Part shown: one piece after another, positions 11,880-24,300 of the stretch
Layout: every line of letters starts with the position of its first letter
Numbering within the stretch: position 1 is the first letter of the stretch
Assembly: GCA_013265495.1 (NCBI GenBank)
Contig: MU057984.1
Location: forward strand, 1-64,000
Length of the DNA: 64,000 bases
Direction: 5' to 3'
Origin: Vicugna vicugna
Taxonomy: Eukaryota
Notes under the pieces: generated by a model
Database searches by the model: none
What the model saw: the letters and a program-made list of their open reading frames with translations, nothing else
What the model was told of the DNA's origin: nothing
Position numbers and translations under genes: made by a program

Positions 11880-14800
11880 TCATGGCCAAGATTGGGTAGG
11901 AAGGGTGGAGACATGACATAGTTGAGGCCCATATCTTTGGGTAGGCGACCCACAAACAGGAGGATAATTGCAATGACAGAGGTTCTCCCCAAGGAGCAAG
12001 GGGTCCTAGTCCCACACGGGCTCTTGAGCCCAGAGGTCCTGCCATCCTGGGCCCCAGCCCTGCCTAACACCAGCTCCTAACCAGTTGATTCAGGATGCCT
12101 AACCCTGCAACCAACCACCCTGGAAACTGGCTTCACCCACCAGTGGGCAAGCACAAGAACTGGAACCCCCTGAGGCTCCAAAGCCAGCCTCCTTGTGACC
12201 TGGCCCTGCCCACCAGTGGCTGGTGGCCTCCACACAAGGCAGGGCCTAGCAAACAACTGGACCAGGAGCCAGCCATGCCTACTCGACAGCCCACAGTAGT
12301 AAACTCATCACAACAGAAGGACCCACTCAGCCCACATAGGGGCCACCCCTAGAGCATACAGTTCTGGTGACAAGAGGACAGTGCGCTGCTGGGACACATA
12401 GGACATTTTCCATAAGAGGTTACTTTTCCAAGATTGTGAAATAAAATCATAAGAGATTATTATGAACAACTATATTCCAATAAAATGGACAACCTAGAAG
12501 AAAAGGACACATTCCTAGGATTTGTACAATCTCCCAAGATTGAACCAGGAAGGAATAGAAAACAAAAGTAGGCAAATTATCAGCAATAAAAATGAATCAG
12601 TAATAAAGAAACTCCTATGAAACAAAAGCCCAGGACCAGAAGTCTTCACAGTTGAATTCTACCAAACATTTGGAGAAGAGGTAGCACCTATCCTCAAACT
12701 GATCCAAAAAATTGCAGAGGAAGGAACATTTCCAAACTCATTCTATGAGGCCAGCATCACCCTGATACCAAATCCAGACAAAGATACCACACAAAAAAGA
12801 AAAATACAGTTCAATGTTATTCAACAAAATATTAGCAAACCGAATTCAACAATACATTAAAAGGATCATATATCATGATCAAGTGGGATTTATCTTAGTG
12901 ATGCAAGGATGATTCAGTAGCTATAATTCAATCAATGTGATAACACTACATCGACAAACTAAAGATTAAATAACATATGATCATCTCAAAAGCTTCAGAA
13001 AAAGCTTTTGACAAAATTCAACATCCATTTATGATAAAAACTCTAAGCAAAGTATTTACAGAGGCAACATACCTCAATGTAATAAAGGCCATATATGACG
13101 AGCCCACAGCTAACATCATACTCAATGATTAAAAATTGAAATAATTTCCTCTAAGGTCAGGAACAAGACAAGGATGCTCATTCTCACCACTTTTATTCAA
13201 CGTAGTATTGGAAGTCCTAACCACAGCTAATAGATGAAAAACAGAAAGAAAATGTAGCCAAATTGAAAAGGAAGAATTGAAACAGCCACTATTTGCAGAT
13301 GACATGATAATACACCTAGAAAATCCTAAAGATGCTACCAAAAAACTACTAAAACGCTTCAGTGAATTCAGAAAAGTTGCAGGATACAAAATTAATACAC
13401 AGAAATTTGTTGCATTTCTTTTCCTTTCATTGAAGTATAGTTAATTTACAATGTTGTGTTATTTTCTGGTGTACAGCACAGTGATTCAGTTACACACATA
13501 TATATATTCTTTTCCATATTCTTTTTCATTATAGATCATTATAAGCTACTGAATATAGTCCCCTATACTATACAGTAGGACCTTGTTGTTTAATTTGTAT
13601 ATAGTAGTTTGTATCTGCTAATCGCAAACTCCTTATATATCCCTCCTCCCATATTTCTATATACTAACAATGAACTGTCAGAAAGAGAATTTAGCAAAAC
13701 AAACATATTTACAGTGACATCAATAAGAATAAAATACCCAGGAATATATTTTACTAAGGAGGCAAAAGACCTATACTGGGAAAATTATAAGACCCTAACC
13801 AAAGAAGATGAGGATGAACAAACAGATGGAAAGATATACTGTGTTCATGGATTGAAGAATGAATACTGTTAACATGCTCATACTACTGAAGACCATGTAC
13901 ACATTCAGTGCAATTACTACCAAAATATCAATGGCATTCGTCACAGAATTAGAACAGACAATTATAAAATTTGTATGGAAACACAAAAGACCTTGAATAG
14001 CCAAAACATTTTGAGAAAGAAGAACAAAGATGGAGGTATCATGTTCTCTGATTTCAAACTATATTACAAAGCTACAGTAATCAGCACAGTATGTTACTGG
14101 CACAAAAACAGACACACAGATCAACAGAACAGAAGAGAGACCTCAGAAATGAACCCAGACTTAAATGGGCAATTAATTTACAACACACGAAGCAAGAACA
14201 TACAATGGGGAGAAGACAGCCTCTTCAATAAATGGTGCTGGGAAAACTGGATAGCTACACGTAAAAGAATGAAGCTGGAGTACACTCTCACACTATGCAC
14301 AGAAATAAATTAAAAGTAGATTAAAAAGTTAAATGTAAGACCTGAAACCATAAAACTTCTAGAAGAAAACACAGGCAGTAAGCTCTCTGACACTGGTCTT
14401 GGTAATATTTTTTTGAATATTTCCCTCCAGGAAACCAAAGCAAAAGCAAAATTAAGTGAATGGGACTAAATCAAACCAAAAAGCTTTTGCACAGTGAACG
14501 AAAATATTAACAGAACAAAAAGGCCAACTACTGAATGGGAGATATTTGCAAATTACATATCTGATAAGGGTTTAATAGCCAAAATGTATAAAGATTTCAT
14601 ACAACAAAGAACCAAACAATCTGATTAAACAATGGGCAGAGGATATGAATAGATCTTTCTCCAAAGAAGATATAAAGATGACCAACTGGCACACAAAAGG
14701 ATGCTCAACATCATTAATCATCAGGGAAATGTAAATCAAAACCACAGTGAGATCTCACCTCCCACTTGTCAGAATGGCTATTATCCAAAATACAACAAAT

Positions 14801-15545
14801 AAGGGTTGGTGAGGATGTGGAGGAACAGGAACTACTGTGCACTGTTGTTGACAATGTGAATTGCTGCAGCCACTGTGGAAAACAGTACGGAGATCATCAA
14901 AAATTAAAAACAGAATTACCATATGACACAGATATTCCACTCCTGGTTGCTTATCCATAGAAAATGGAAACATCTGTTTGAAAAGATGTATGAACCCCTA
15001 TGTTCAAAGCAGCATTTTTTTCCCACAAGTCAAGACATGGAAGCCACATAATTGTCCAAAAACAGACAAATGGATAAAGATGATGAGGTGTGTGTATATA
15101 TATATAATGGAATATTACTCAGCCTTCAAAGAGAATGAAATCTTGACAACACTGATGAACATAGAGGGTATTATGCTAAGTAAAGTAAGTCAGAGAAAGA
15201 CAGTATTATATGGTTTCCCTTAAATATAATCTAAAAAGTAAAACAAATGAACAAATATAACAAAACAAAAAGAGTTATAGATACAAGAGAACAGCCAGAG
15301 GGGAGAAGTGCTAGGGGAGGAAATAGGTGAGGGAGCTTAAGAGGTACAAACTTTCAGTTACAAAATAAATGATTCAAGGGGACGAAATGTACAGTGAGGG
15401 GAATACAGTCAATAATTATGTAATGTCTTTGCATGGTGACATATTATAACTAGACTTACCATGGTGATCATATTCAAATGCATAGAAATATCAAATTACT
15501 ATGTTGTGTAACAGGAACTAACATAGTGTTGTAGGTTAAAAAAAG
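11880..15545 (+). mobile_element. L1 with 5'UTR joined directly to mid-ORF2 (ORF1 and endonuclease deleted); decayed ORF2 RT/C-terminus and 3'UTR
   Basis: GC-richer 5'UTR-like block at 11880-12440, then ORF2 (ATCATAAGAGATTATTATGAACAACTA). RT motif TTTGCAGATGACATGAT (FADDM) at ~13292. ORF 13975-14313 encodes [10 protein letters not shown]...[11 protein letters not shown]. Many stops and frameshifts. Confidence 0.92.
13420..13650 (-). mobile_element. Young L1 3' end nested antisense in the ORF2 of the older L1
   Basis: ATTGAAGTATAGTTAATTTACAATG.. same family as 5892. The host reading TTGCATTTCT|ATATACTAACAATG is interrupted. Short TSD ATTTCT (13414-13419 / 13653-13658). Confidence 0.85.
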
Positions 15546-16799
15546 AATATTGGTGAAGTAGCAAATTTTATCAAGTTGTTAAAAAAAGATAAGAAAATTC
15601 TAACAATCATATATTGAATATTCTCAAAATTGCTTAGAAGCTGTGTTTTTTTAAAATTTCAGTTTTAAAGACTGAATCATAGCAATTTTAAGTGCTTTCA
15701 CAATGTGAACTGGTATGTGGGAGGGCTCAATATGAAGTACTAGCTCTAATCACTAACTTTAAAGTTTTGATCTATATTTTTGTCATCTCCATGCTTTTTA
15801 TTCATAACATGTTGGCAGTTAATATCTGTCTCTAGGTCATTAGCAGTTTAACCAACTCAAACCATTATGAATCAGGAATTAAATAACTGCCTATTTACTA
15901 TTGATTTCAGTCCAATTTTTTGTTTTGGAAAAGCAAAAATCTAATTTTGAGTCAATCTAGGCAAGAAAAGAAGTTCACAGAAAGACAGCATAGACTCAGG
16001 AAGAAAAGTGAAGAATCAGGCTCAAAAACTGGGCAGGAACTGGTTGGACACAGCTAAGATCACATGACAACAATAATAATCTTAAAATGCTGAGGCTAGG
16101 ACTGACTGTTGAAACTGAGTACCCACTGTTATCACCTTGGGAGTCACCAGGTTCTTATAAATGGATTTCATTAGTCCTGAGGACTCTCATCTCTCTTGCT
16201 CATACTCTCTGAATAAAAAAGATTTTTAAACATGAATTTAAAAAAAACCGTCTAAGTAACGATTTAATTAGTGGGTCAATTAATTTTCAAATTTTTCCAA
16301 CATACAGGATTCAAATTCAGATTGCTTTAGGAAAATATTTTGTATGTATTTACTGCATATAAAAATAAGTATTGCATATATTTGAGGAATAAAAGCAGTC
16401 ACAGGAAATAAAGGATTGATTTAATACGAGAAAGAGGTAGTAACATTTCATCAAGCAAATGTTTTGGATTCTACAAAAAACATCTCAGCTACTCTAATAG
16501 GAAAATGGAAATGATCTTTGATTCAGTCAATCAATTTGGTGAGGAACAGTATCTACCAGAGCAGTTTCTCAGATGTCTTTCCTAATTTTTTTATTTTAAT
16601 TTTTTTTAAATTAAACAAAACATTTTATTCTAATTAACGAAACAATAATACCCCCAAGAAGGGGAAAGGCATACATAGACAGTTTGCATTTCTGCTTGCA
16701 ACAAGAACCAACCCAAATTCTATACACTTCTGAAATGGAAGTAAAATGGACTGTACCGGTTAAGAATAAAACAGTGACTCTTTTTGTGAATATGTATTA

Positions 16800-17560
16800 G
16801 GGGTAAGACACTTTCATAATTATTGGAGGAAATGTAAATTTGACAAAAACTATCAAAACTGCAAATGCACATATCCTTGGAATCAGCAGTTCCACACCCA
16901 GGAATTTATTCTGAAGATACACTTGCATGCATTCATGGGAAATAATATGTGTACAAGATTATTCTTACAGCTTAGTTTGTAACAGCAATCTGGAAACAAA
17001 TGGTCATAAATAGAGGACAGGCTCTGAAAATGACTCTGTATCCATAGAAGACAATATTATTGAAAAGAATGAATAAAGTCATCATGTACTTAAATGAAAG
17101 AATCTCTAACTTAAAAAAATTTTTCATTTTTTTAAATTTTTAATTTTTTGTGGGAGGAGGCAGTTAGGTTTACTTACTCATGTTTTTTGGAGGAGGTACC
17201 GGGGATTGAACCCAGGACCTTGTGTATGCTAAGCATGCGCTCTACCACTTGAGCTATACCCCTCCCCCAATCTCCAACTTTTAGGTGAAAAAGGAAATAT
17301 GCAGAAAACGGATAAGTAATAGATGAATATACTATATATGAGTGAGTAAAGATATACATGTGTATAGCATTGTGTGTGATATTTATTTTTATTTATTTAT
17401 TTATCTATTCATCCATCCATCCATCCATTGCCTGGTATCATTCTGAAAGAAACTTGTGGCATTTGCTGCCTTTGATGACTAAGGTTAATGTTAGAGTAAT
17501 GTGATTGGGAACAGGGTAGAAGAAAACCTTGATTTTTTTTTAAATTACAAGCAATGTATA
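16800..17560 (+). mobile_element. Ancient L1 (L1ME-type) 3' region, interrupted by a SINE
   Basis: GGAGGAAATGTAAATT..AATGCACATATCCTT..CAGCAGTTCCACACCCAGGAATTTAT. Confidence 0.6.
17113..17268 (-). mobile_element. tRNA-Ala(AGC)-derived SINE (camelid vic-1 type)
   Basis: Minus strand reads GGGGAGGGGTATAGCTCAAGTGGTAGAGCGCATGCTTAGCATACACAAGGTCCTGGGTTCAATCCCCGGTACCTCC, with pol III A/B boxes and an A-rich tail. TSD AATCTCTAACTT (17101-17112) / AATCTCCAACTT (17269-17280). Confidence 0.9.
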
Positions 17561-19339
17561 AGCTATTATCTATCTTACAAAAGAGATTTAAAATATATAA
17601 ATTAAAAAATCACAAATTTTTTTACAAAAGAATTGACTATGTATAAGCTTATTCTGCTCTTTCTTGCATGCAATGGATCACACACATCATACTGTCAAAT
17701 GGAAAATGTTTTAATGCATAAACAGATACATAAATTCTTACGGCTTTATTAACCCAATAGAAAAAGCCAGCTTAATTCCAAGTTGCTTTATGGTGGATCT
17801 ATGCTAATTTAATGTTAAAAGTGGTATGAAAATGCTTTTAACGAATAGCATTTTTTCACTTTTTCAGACTCTTGAACAAAATGGGCAGGTCTACTATAAG
17901 AAGGAGCTTATATAATACGTCTATCTATCAGTTATGAACACAGAATACTTATCCAATTAACTGAGCCATCCACAAATCTATCTCCTTAAATTTATTTTGA
18001 TGACCAGCTAAGTATAAGAAGCCACCAAAATGTATGTATAACTTTGCCAGCAATTTTATAGGAATTCTCATGGTATGTAACCTATAATAGATGAATGGCA
18101 GAACTGGAAGATAAAAATGTGCAAAATTTCCATAAATAACAGATAAAAGTCAGATTATTTTGCCTCTTCACAAGTGAGAAGCCCTTTAACTATTTGAGCT
18201 GTGTTCCCCCGCAGTACTTATAAAATATATCCTTGTCTAAACTGAAATAGCAATATCCCCTTTCCATGTAAAGAAAGACCAACATAAGGGAAATGTGTAC
18301 TCCCACATCAACCAGAGGCCGGACTGATCAAAGACCCTTCAGAGTGTGCATCCTGCCTTGGGACCATCAAGGACTCTAAGTCTGGATATTAACAAGATTC
18401 ACCCATTAAAAATACATATTATATGCTCGGCTCCAGTTACAGAAAGGAGAAAATTCTGAAGCATTCTCTAGTTCGTTGTTCTCATTCCTATCCATTCTAT
18501 TCACAAAACCAAGTTGTGTCAACTCAGAAAGCTGTTATTTTATTCCTATATCTTATCTATCCTTGTCAGCATATGTCCTATACAAACATAGGTACATATA
18601 TATCCATGTCCTTTTATTTATCTGTAGCTGTAACTATGTACAGTTATGTGTGTGTATGTGTATCTCTCGCTACCTCTATCTATTTATCATCTACTGAGCT
18701 GGAAGATTGTACTAGAAACTGATCTTTGTGTCTGTCTCTGGGGATAGACGCCAAAGACCTGAGGGTCTGAGGTGAGAAGATTTATTTTCCCTTATATATT
18801 CTTTTGAACTACTTATATTTCATAATTATGTTCATGTATTAATTAAAAATAGAAACCATCAATGTGAAAGGGCCTGGAACATGCTAGACACTTTAAAGAT
18901 ATATATATATGTACAGTGACCCTTGTTCATAAAAACCTCCTTAGGTATCTAGGAGGCCTGAAGTGGATTTAAACTTTTTTTCTGCCTTCCTCCCAAGAGA
19001 GTTGAAGCAAATGTGCTGCATGCTGTCACATTAAATTGATAGTACATGGTGGCTCACGTGGCTACTTGGTTAGACAATGTGGACAGACAGGGATAAATCC
19101 TTTAATGCACAAAGCACAGGGTTAAGCCTCCCCTGCTAACACAGGATCCATGTATTAAATCCGAAATGATGAAATAATCTGGACCACACCCATAGGCCTC
19201 TTCTCCCTGCCGCTTGCTCCTCCATCACCAGTCTCCCAGCATCCTCTGCTCAGCATTGAAAATACTAAAAACGAACACGCTGCAGTCTTTGAGAGAAAAG
19301 ATCTCACAAATATAAGAGGGACCAAAACCTATTATGATA

Positions 19340-19625
19340 AAACATGAAATCCTAGGTGCACACTTGGTAGAGCATTAGCACTAAAGAGGGAATAATCAAC
19401 TGCCTGAAGAGGGTCATGAGTGGATGTGAAGAGCAAATGTTGTTTAACCCGAGTCTGGAAGGATGAGTCAGAGATAATCAGGACACAGGGGTGAGGGTGG
19501 TGGGTGTGGGTAGGGCCAGGCAGGCAGGAGGGATTGTCAGCCACCTGAGAGACGAAAGGGAAGGTCCAGAGGCACATGGTGGGTGTTCAGTAAACACTGA
19601 ACGGGTGAGGAATGTGCGAATGGCT
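19340..19625 (-). mobile_element. L2 fragment
   Basis: Purine-rich L2-antisense pattern: GAGTCTGGAAGGATGAGT..GGCACATGGTGGGTGTTCAG. Confidence 0.5.
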
Positions 19626-19659
19626 AATAATAAGCTATATTTTAATAACACTTTGCTGC

Positions 19660-19835
19660 TTCTAAAACATGTGCATAATTGCTCCATTTGCTCTTCACAA
19701 TACTCTTGACAATACTCATGTAAAAAGGCAGGGTTTTTAGGTCATATTTTACAGAGGATAAATTTGAGGTGCTAAGAGGTGGAAATAACTTCTTCAGTGT
19801 CACAGGAGTGATGCAACTAAAATGCAACCCAGGCC
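19660..19835 (-). mobile_element. MIR SINE
   Basis: CATATTTTACAGAGGATAAATTTGAGG..AGAGGTGGAAATAACTT..GTCACA, the reverse MIR core. Confidence 0.6.
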
Positions 19836-21449
19836 GCATAACCACGCCGTTGCCGCTTCACAATGGCAGCACCTCGGTGATGACGTCCTTCGGAAGCAGC
19901 CGTGGGGCAGGAGCGGTCCCCCGACTCCTCGGTCCCTGTGTTAGTGCTTCAGTTTCCACTTTAGCTCTAAGTTAAGATGCAAGATGGTGAACGCTTTGTT
20001 TGCAATGCTCTTCGCTGTTATGATTCCCAACATCACACCCTGTCACTTAAGAGGTCCAACTAATTTGTTTAAACATTTTAATCTGGGGAGAATCCTCATG
20101 GCCACATCTGTGTGCTGAAATGCTGCCATGAAGCCAAGAAGCTGTAATCTTAAGCCAGATTCCAATACTGAAATCCGATGTGATGAAACAGGTTACTACT
20201 TCTTCATAAGCTGATAATGTACAAAACTCACTCCACTGGAAAATGTTAACATCAGTGTCTGCCCTCTGGGTGACAACACTCCCCTCTGTTCTCTAATAGG
20301 TAACGCTTCCTTTCCACTGGGCATTGGCACTGCTGCCCACTGGCGAACTTCAATCTCGCAGGAATCGCCCATGATTATGGTCATAAATGTCAGCAACAGC
20401 TGGCAACAAAGCCAACGTCTGGGAGTTTGTTTGCAGAAAGCGAGCAGCCCGACTCAGGAAAGCAAGGCAGAGTAGTCTGTGGTTCGTGTCAGAATTCACA
20501 TCAAAGAATGATGTAATGTAATAAGAAGTGAATGAAACCTGAGGCGACATCATTAATCAGAGGAGCTATCAGATTACCTTCCAGAATCCTCATTGTCGGC
20601 TCTGCCAGAAAAATACATTATGTCTCAGAGGAAACACTGATAAAAATGCACGTGACCCTTGTCTCAGTGTGTTTGGGATTTATCATGAAGCCAGAAAACA
20701 TGAAAGTTAACCCAGAAGTCATTGCAGGGAGAAGACTCCACGTAGCAATGGCAAAATGATGCATGTGACAGTGACACAGGAAGGACTAACTTAAGGGGGG
20801 TAGGCTGATGACAAGATTGCTCTAAAATATCTGTCTCTTCTATAAAAGTTAATACATAGAACTTCATAAGGTATTTTACTTGCCCAAAATATATACTTTG
20901 TAATAGTATACTTTTCTTTCTTGTTTTTCTGACCTGCTATCATAATAACATTTACACCATACTTTCCCATGCTCCACTGAATCTATGAAATACTGAACTC
21001 CTCTGCAAAGGAGTGCTCATCAAAAACATTTGAAATATGAAATTCTGAAATCAAATAATGCCAAATAAGGTCGCTTTTTTCTATGAATGAGTGACTTGGT
21101 TTACTATCTTATTAAAATCTTGTCATATGTTTTTGAAGTGTTTAGTTAAAAAAAAAAACAAGAAATATTACTGAAGAATAGAAAGAAAAATGGAGAACCA
21201 GAGATCAGAAAACCTATGGTAAATTTAAAAATATACAGCCAAATCAAAAATCAGGACGAAAAAGTTTTAAGCATCTTGGATCAAGATTTTGCAACTATAA
21301 TCATGTAAGATCATTTTATCTTTAGTGACAATAATCAGTTTACTACGGCAAAGAGCCTACTATATCAGGGTTGGTGAAACGACATGTATGTATATCATGA
21401 AATCACATAGGACTGACACCAAATATAATAATTAAAAACTAACAATGGT

Positions 21450-21560
21450 TTCCTCTCTTCCTTCCTTTCCTCCTTTTTTTCCCCTTCCCTTCATCCTTCT
21501 TCCCTCCATCTTTTCCTCCTTCCTTCTTTTATTTTTTCCTTTTCTCCTTTCTCTTTTAAT
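21450..21560. repeat. CT-rich low-complexity tract
   Basis: Almost pure pyrimidine run on the + strand. Confidence 0.8.
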
Positions 21561-21689
21561 CTCTACTCTGAAGTACAATCTACATTAGTTTGTATACCAT
21601 GATTTGTGCAAGCAGTTTTTGGCAAGCTTGAATTAATCACCAATCCAATTCCAATTTATTTTAGTGATGCTTTATCAAATCCTCGTACC

Positions 21690-21975
21690 TTGATACCCTC
21701 CAAGAACTCCAAGAATGTGTCTTGATGGACCAGTCCTTGATCAATTTCTGAGCAGTGAGAAGCATACAGATGTGTAGCATGTGAGTTCTCTAATGGAGCT
21801 ATGTGTAATAACATGCTATGGGATGCTAAGGAAGAAGGCAATTGATTGTACCTGGGGGAATTTGGGAGACTTCTAAGAGGTGACATTTGATCTTGCATGG
21901 AACGTATAGGAATTTTCCAGAAAGACAATATGATGAGGCAGGGTATTCCATATAGAAGGGAGATAGGGGGAAATG
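21690..21975 (-). mobile_element. L2 fragment
   Basis: GCTATGGGATGCTAAGGAAGAAGG..GAGGTGACATTTGATCTTG..GGGTATTCCA. Confidence 0.6.
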
Positions 21976-22789
21976 TGGTTAATCCAGTCAACAATAACAG
22001 ATTAGTTGATTTAGGAAATGTTTTTTGATGTGAATTTCTAAAGCCAGAGTCTAATCCTAGTTGGTCCCTGCCGGAATTAAGTGAGTTCATGTTGAGGCTA
22101 CATTCAAATAACACGGTACTCAGCCTGTAGGAAAAGAAAATGCTGTTGACCTTCTCATAATGTGGTTCACATGGTGCTTGCAATGCCAGGGTAGCCTAGA
22201 TTGCCCTCAAGGCGATCAAGCAAGACTCTGGAAATATTAGCGGATCATGATGACAAGATGTTGGGGAAATATCCTGAAAAGAGGCATCCATAAATGTATG
22301 TGCTCTAATCTGTGAGAGTTTCAAAAATCTGAAACTGCTTACTCTCAGTTAGAATATCAAGTGGCTTATGTAGGGCAATATTTGAGGCATTCAAGTATTT
22401 CTTTGCACATCCAATAATGTTAATGAAAACTCTTAACCATTTATGGTGTTTCCTTTGGGAGGAAGAAAGAGATATTCTTTGTACTGACATTACATGTTTT
22501 CTTTTCCCCAGATTATTGGCATCTTCATGTAAATATAATTCCCAGGTTGCAGGTACTTGAGTTTATCAGTTGTATAAATCCATTTTTATATTCTTTTGGT
22601 TGTCTAAACTATATTTTTTCTATAAATAGAGCCTGGAATTCTATTCACAGAACAGGTATGTAGGTATATAAACTGTAGAAAAAATGAATTCATTTCTATA
22701 TTTTCTTTACATTATTGATCTGAAAATTGAAAACTGTAACTTAGAAGTAACTTGATCCAAAATCATCTTCACACAATGAGATTCAAATG

Positions 22790-22965
22790 CATTAAAGTTG
22801 TAGAATTTTATAGCCTATCTTAGAAATGATTTACTTCAGTCTCCTCATATTAAATATAGGAGACTTAGGTCTACGAGGTCATGGCTTGCTCCTGATTCCT
22901 CAGTTATTGTAAAATCCTAGAATTAGAATATCAGTTTCTGGATTCCCAGCACCAAGTTCCTTCCC
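22790..22965 (-). mobile_element. MIR/MIR3 SINE
   Basis: CTCCTCATATTAAATATAGGAGACTTAGG..CTAGAATTAGAAT..CTGGATTCCCAG. Confidence 0.5.
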
Positions 22966-23680
22966 TGGCTCTTCCCTGTGGATATCCCCATATGGTTGTC
23001 TTTTCTTTAAATATAATCATAAAATTAGAGGTTTTGAGGGACCCTCAAAATCACTTAGTGTCCCTGTTCTTTGAGTGGATAGAACTATTGTGTTCTGCGC
23101 AGACTTTAGGCTATTAATTTCTGGAGAAACTGATATATGGTAAATTAGAGTATTATTCAAACGTCATCCCCAAATTATCATCCTTCTCTTTAAATAAATA
23201 AAAGTGTAAAAATGTAAAAAAAATAAAAAATAAAAAAATAAAAGTGAATTTCATTCTTAAATGGGATATCATTATATCTTGGCACAAACATTCTTTCATA
23301 TTATAGAAAAATTCAGTGGAAAATGGGATATAATTTGTCAGCAATATACCCATTCTAAAATTAAAAAAAAAACTCATTACTATCCTTGAAAGAGCAGTAT
23401 CATTAAAACATGCTTATAAATTGTCTCAGTTGCCAAGAATTCATTTAATCCTAATGAGTTATTATGTGTAGAAGGTTTTTTTTTCCCCTCCCTGGGATTT
23501 CTGCTATGAAAATTAGTCTAGATACATTTCTGTAAAAAAGAAGCAGACTACTCAATGATCTGGTGCCATCAGTTCCCAACAGTTTGTAAGTCAACTAACG
23601 AAAAGTACTGGGAATAATTGTGCCTACAAAATCAGTCATCTACCAGGTAACCTCAAAGTCCATTTGAATTGGATTTGGCA

Positions 23681-24003
23681 AATTACACATAGTTACATTA
23701 TTATGTAATGCATATTGTTACATTATTATTACATAATAATAATATATTACATTATTATGTAATATACATTGTTACCTTATTATTAAATAATAATGTATTA
23801 CATTATTATGTAATATATATTATTACATCATTATTATCATTATAGATACTTGAATAATGTAACAATGTGTATTACATAATAATATATTATTACATCATTA
23901 TTACATAATAATGTAATATATTATTATTATTACATCATTATTACATAATAATGTAATATATATTATTATGCAATACACATTGTTACATTATTCAAGTATC
24001 TAT
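23681..24003. repeat. Palindromic AT-rich repeat with 46-bp inverted arms and internal tandem duplications
   Basis: 23842-23887 is the reverse complement of 23958-24003 at 45/46 positions. The region is built from TTACATTATTATGTAA-like self-complementary units. Confidence 0.9.
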
Positions 24004-24119
24004 GGAGACCACACTCCATGTGGAGATCTTTACAGCTAAAGCACTTATTCAAATTGGGCCTCAGACTCTATCATCGTGCTCTCTTGGGCCACCATCCCCT
24101 ACATCTCTGAGACGGCTTT

Positions 24120-24300
24120 GGAAGCAGAGTGTCTGGGTCCCAATCCCTGCTCTGGCACATAACAGTGGAACAACTCTCTTATCCTCAGCTTCCTTATCTG
24201 TAAAATGGGACTAAGAATCCCTAGGTTCATAAAGTTTTAAGGAAGGTCAGATAAGATAATACTTGACAAATGCTTCAGAAAATTGTCTAGAGTATAGTGT
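24120..24300 (+). mobile_element. MIR SINE
   Basis: Canonical core CCTCAGCTTCCTTATCTGTAAAATGGG. Confidence 0.8.

Noticed and set aside
13975..14313. 112-aa ORF as a gene
   Set aside because: Remnant of L1 ORF2 surrounded by stops and frameshifts. The same applies to the ORFs at 13609, 14766, 14978, 36534 and 47050.
17185..17265. Functional tRNA-Ala(AGC) gene on the minus strand
   Set aside because: It has an A-rich tail, flanking TSDs and stem mismatches, so it is a SINE head rather than a tRNA gene.
21656..22183. Longest ORF in the track (175 aa, minus strand)
   Set aside because: It overlaps an L2 fossil, has no recognisable domain and shows a composition typical of chance ORFs.
23681..24003. 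CRISPR-like array or miRNA hairpin
   Set aside because: Eukaryotic DNA with no unique spacers. Very high AT content and low complexity make a genuine pre-miRNA unlikely.
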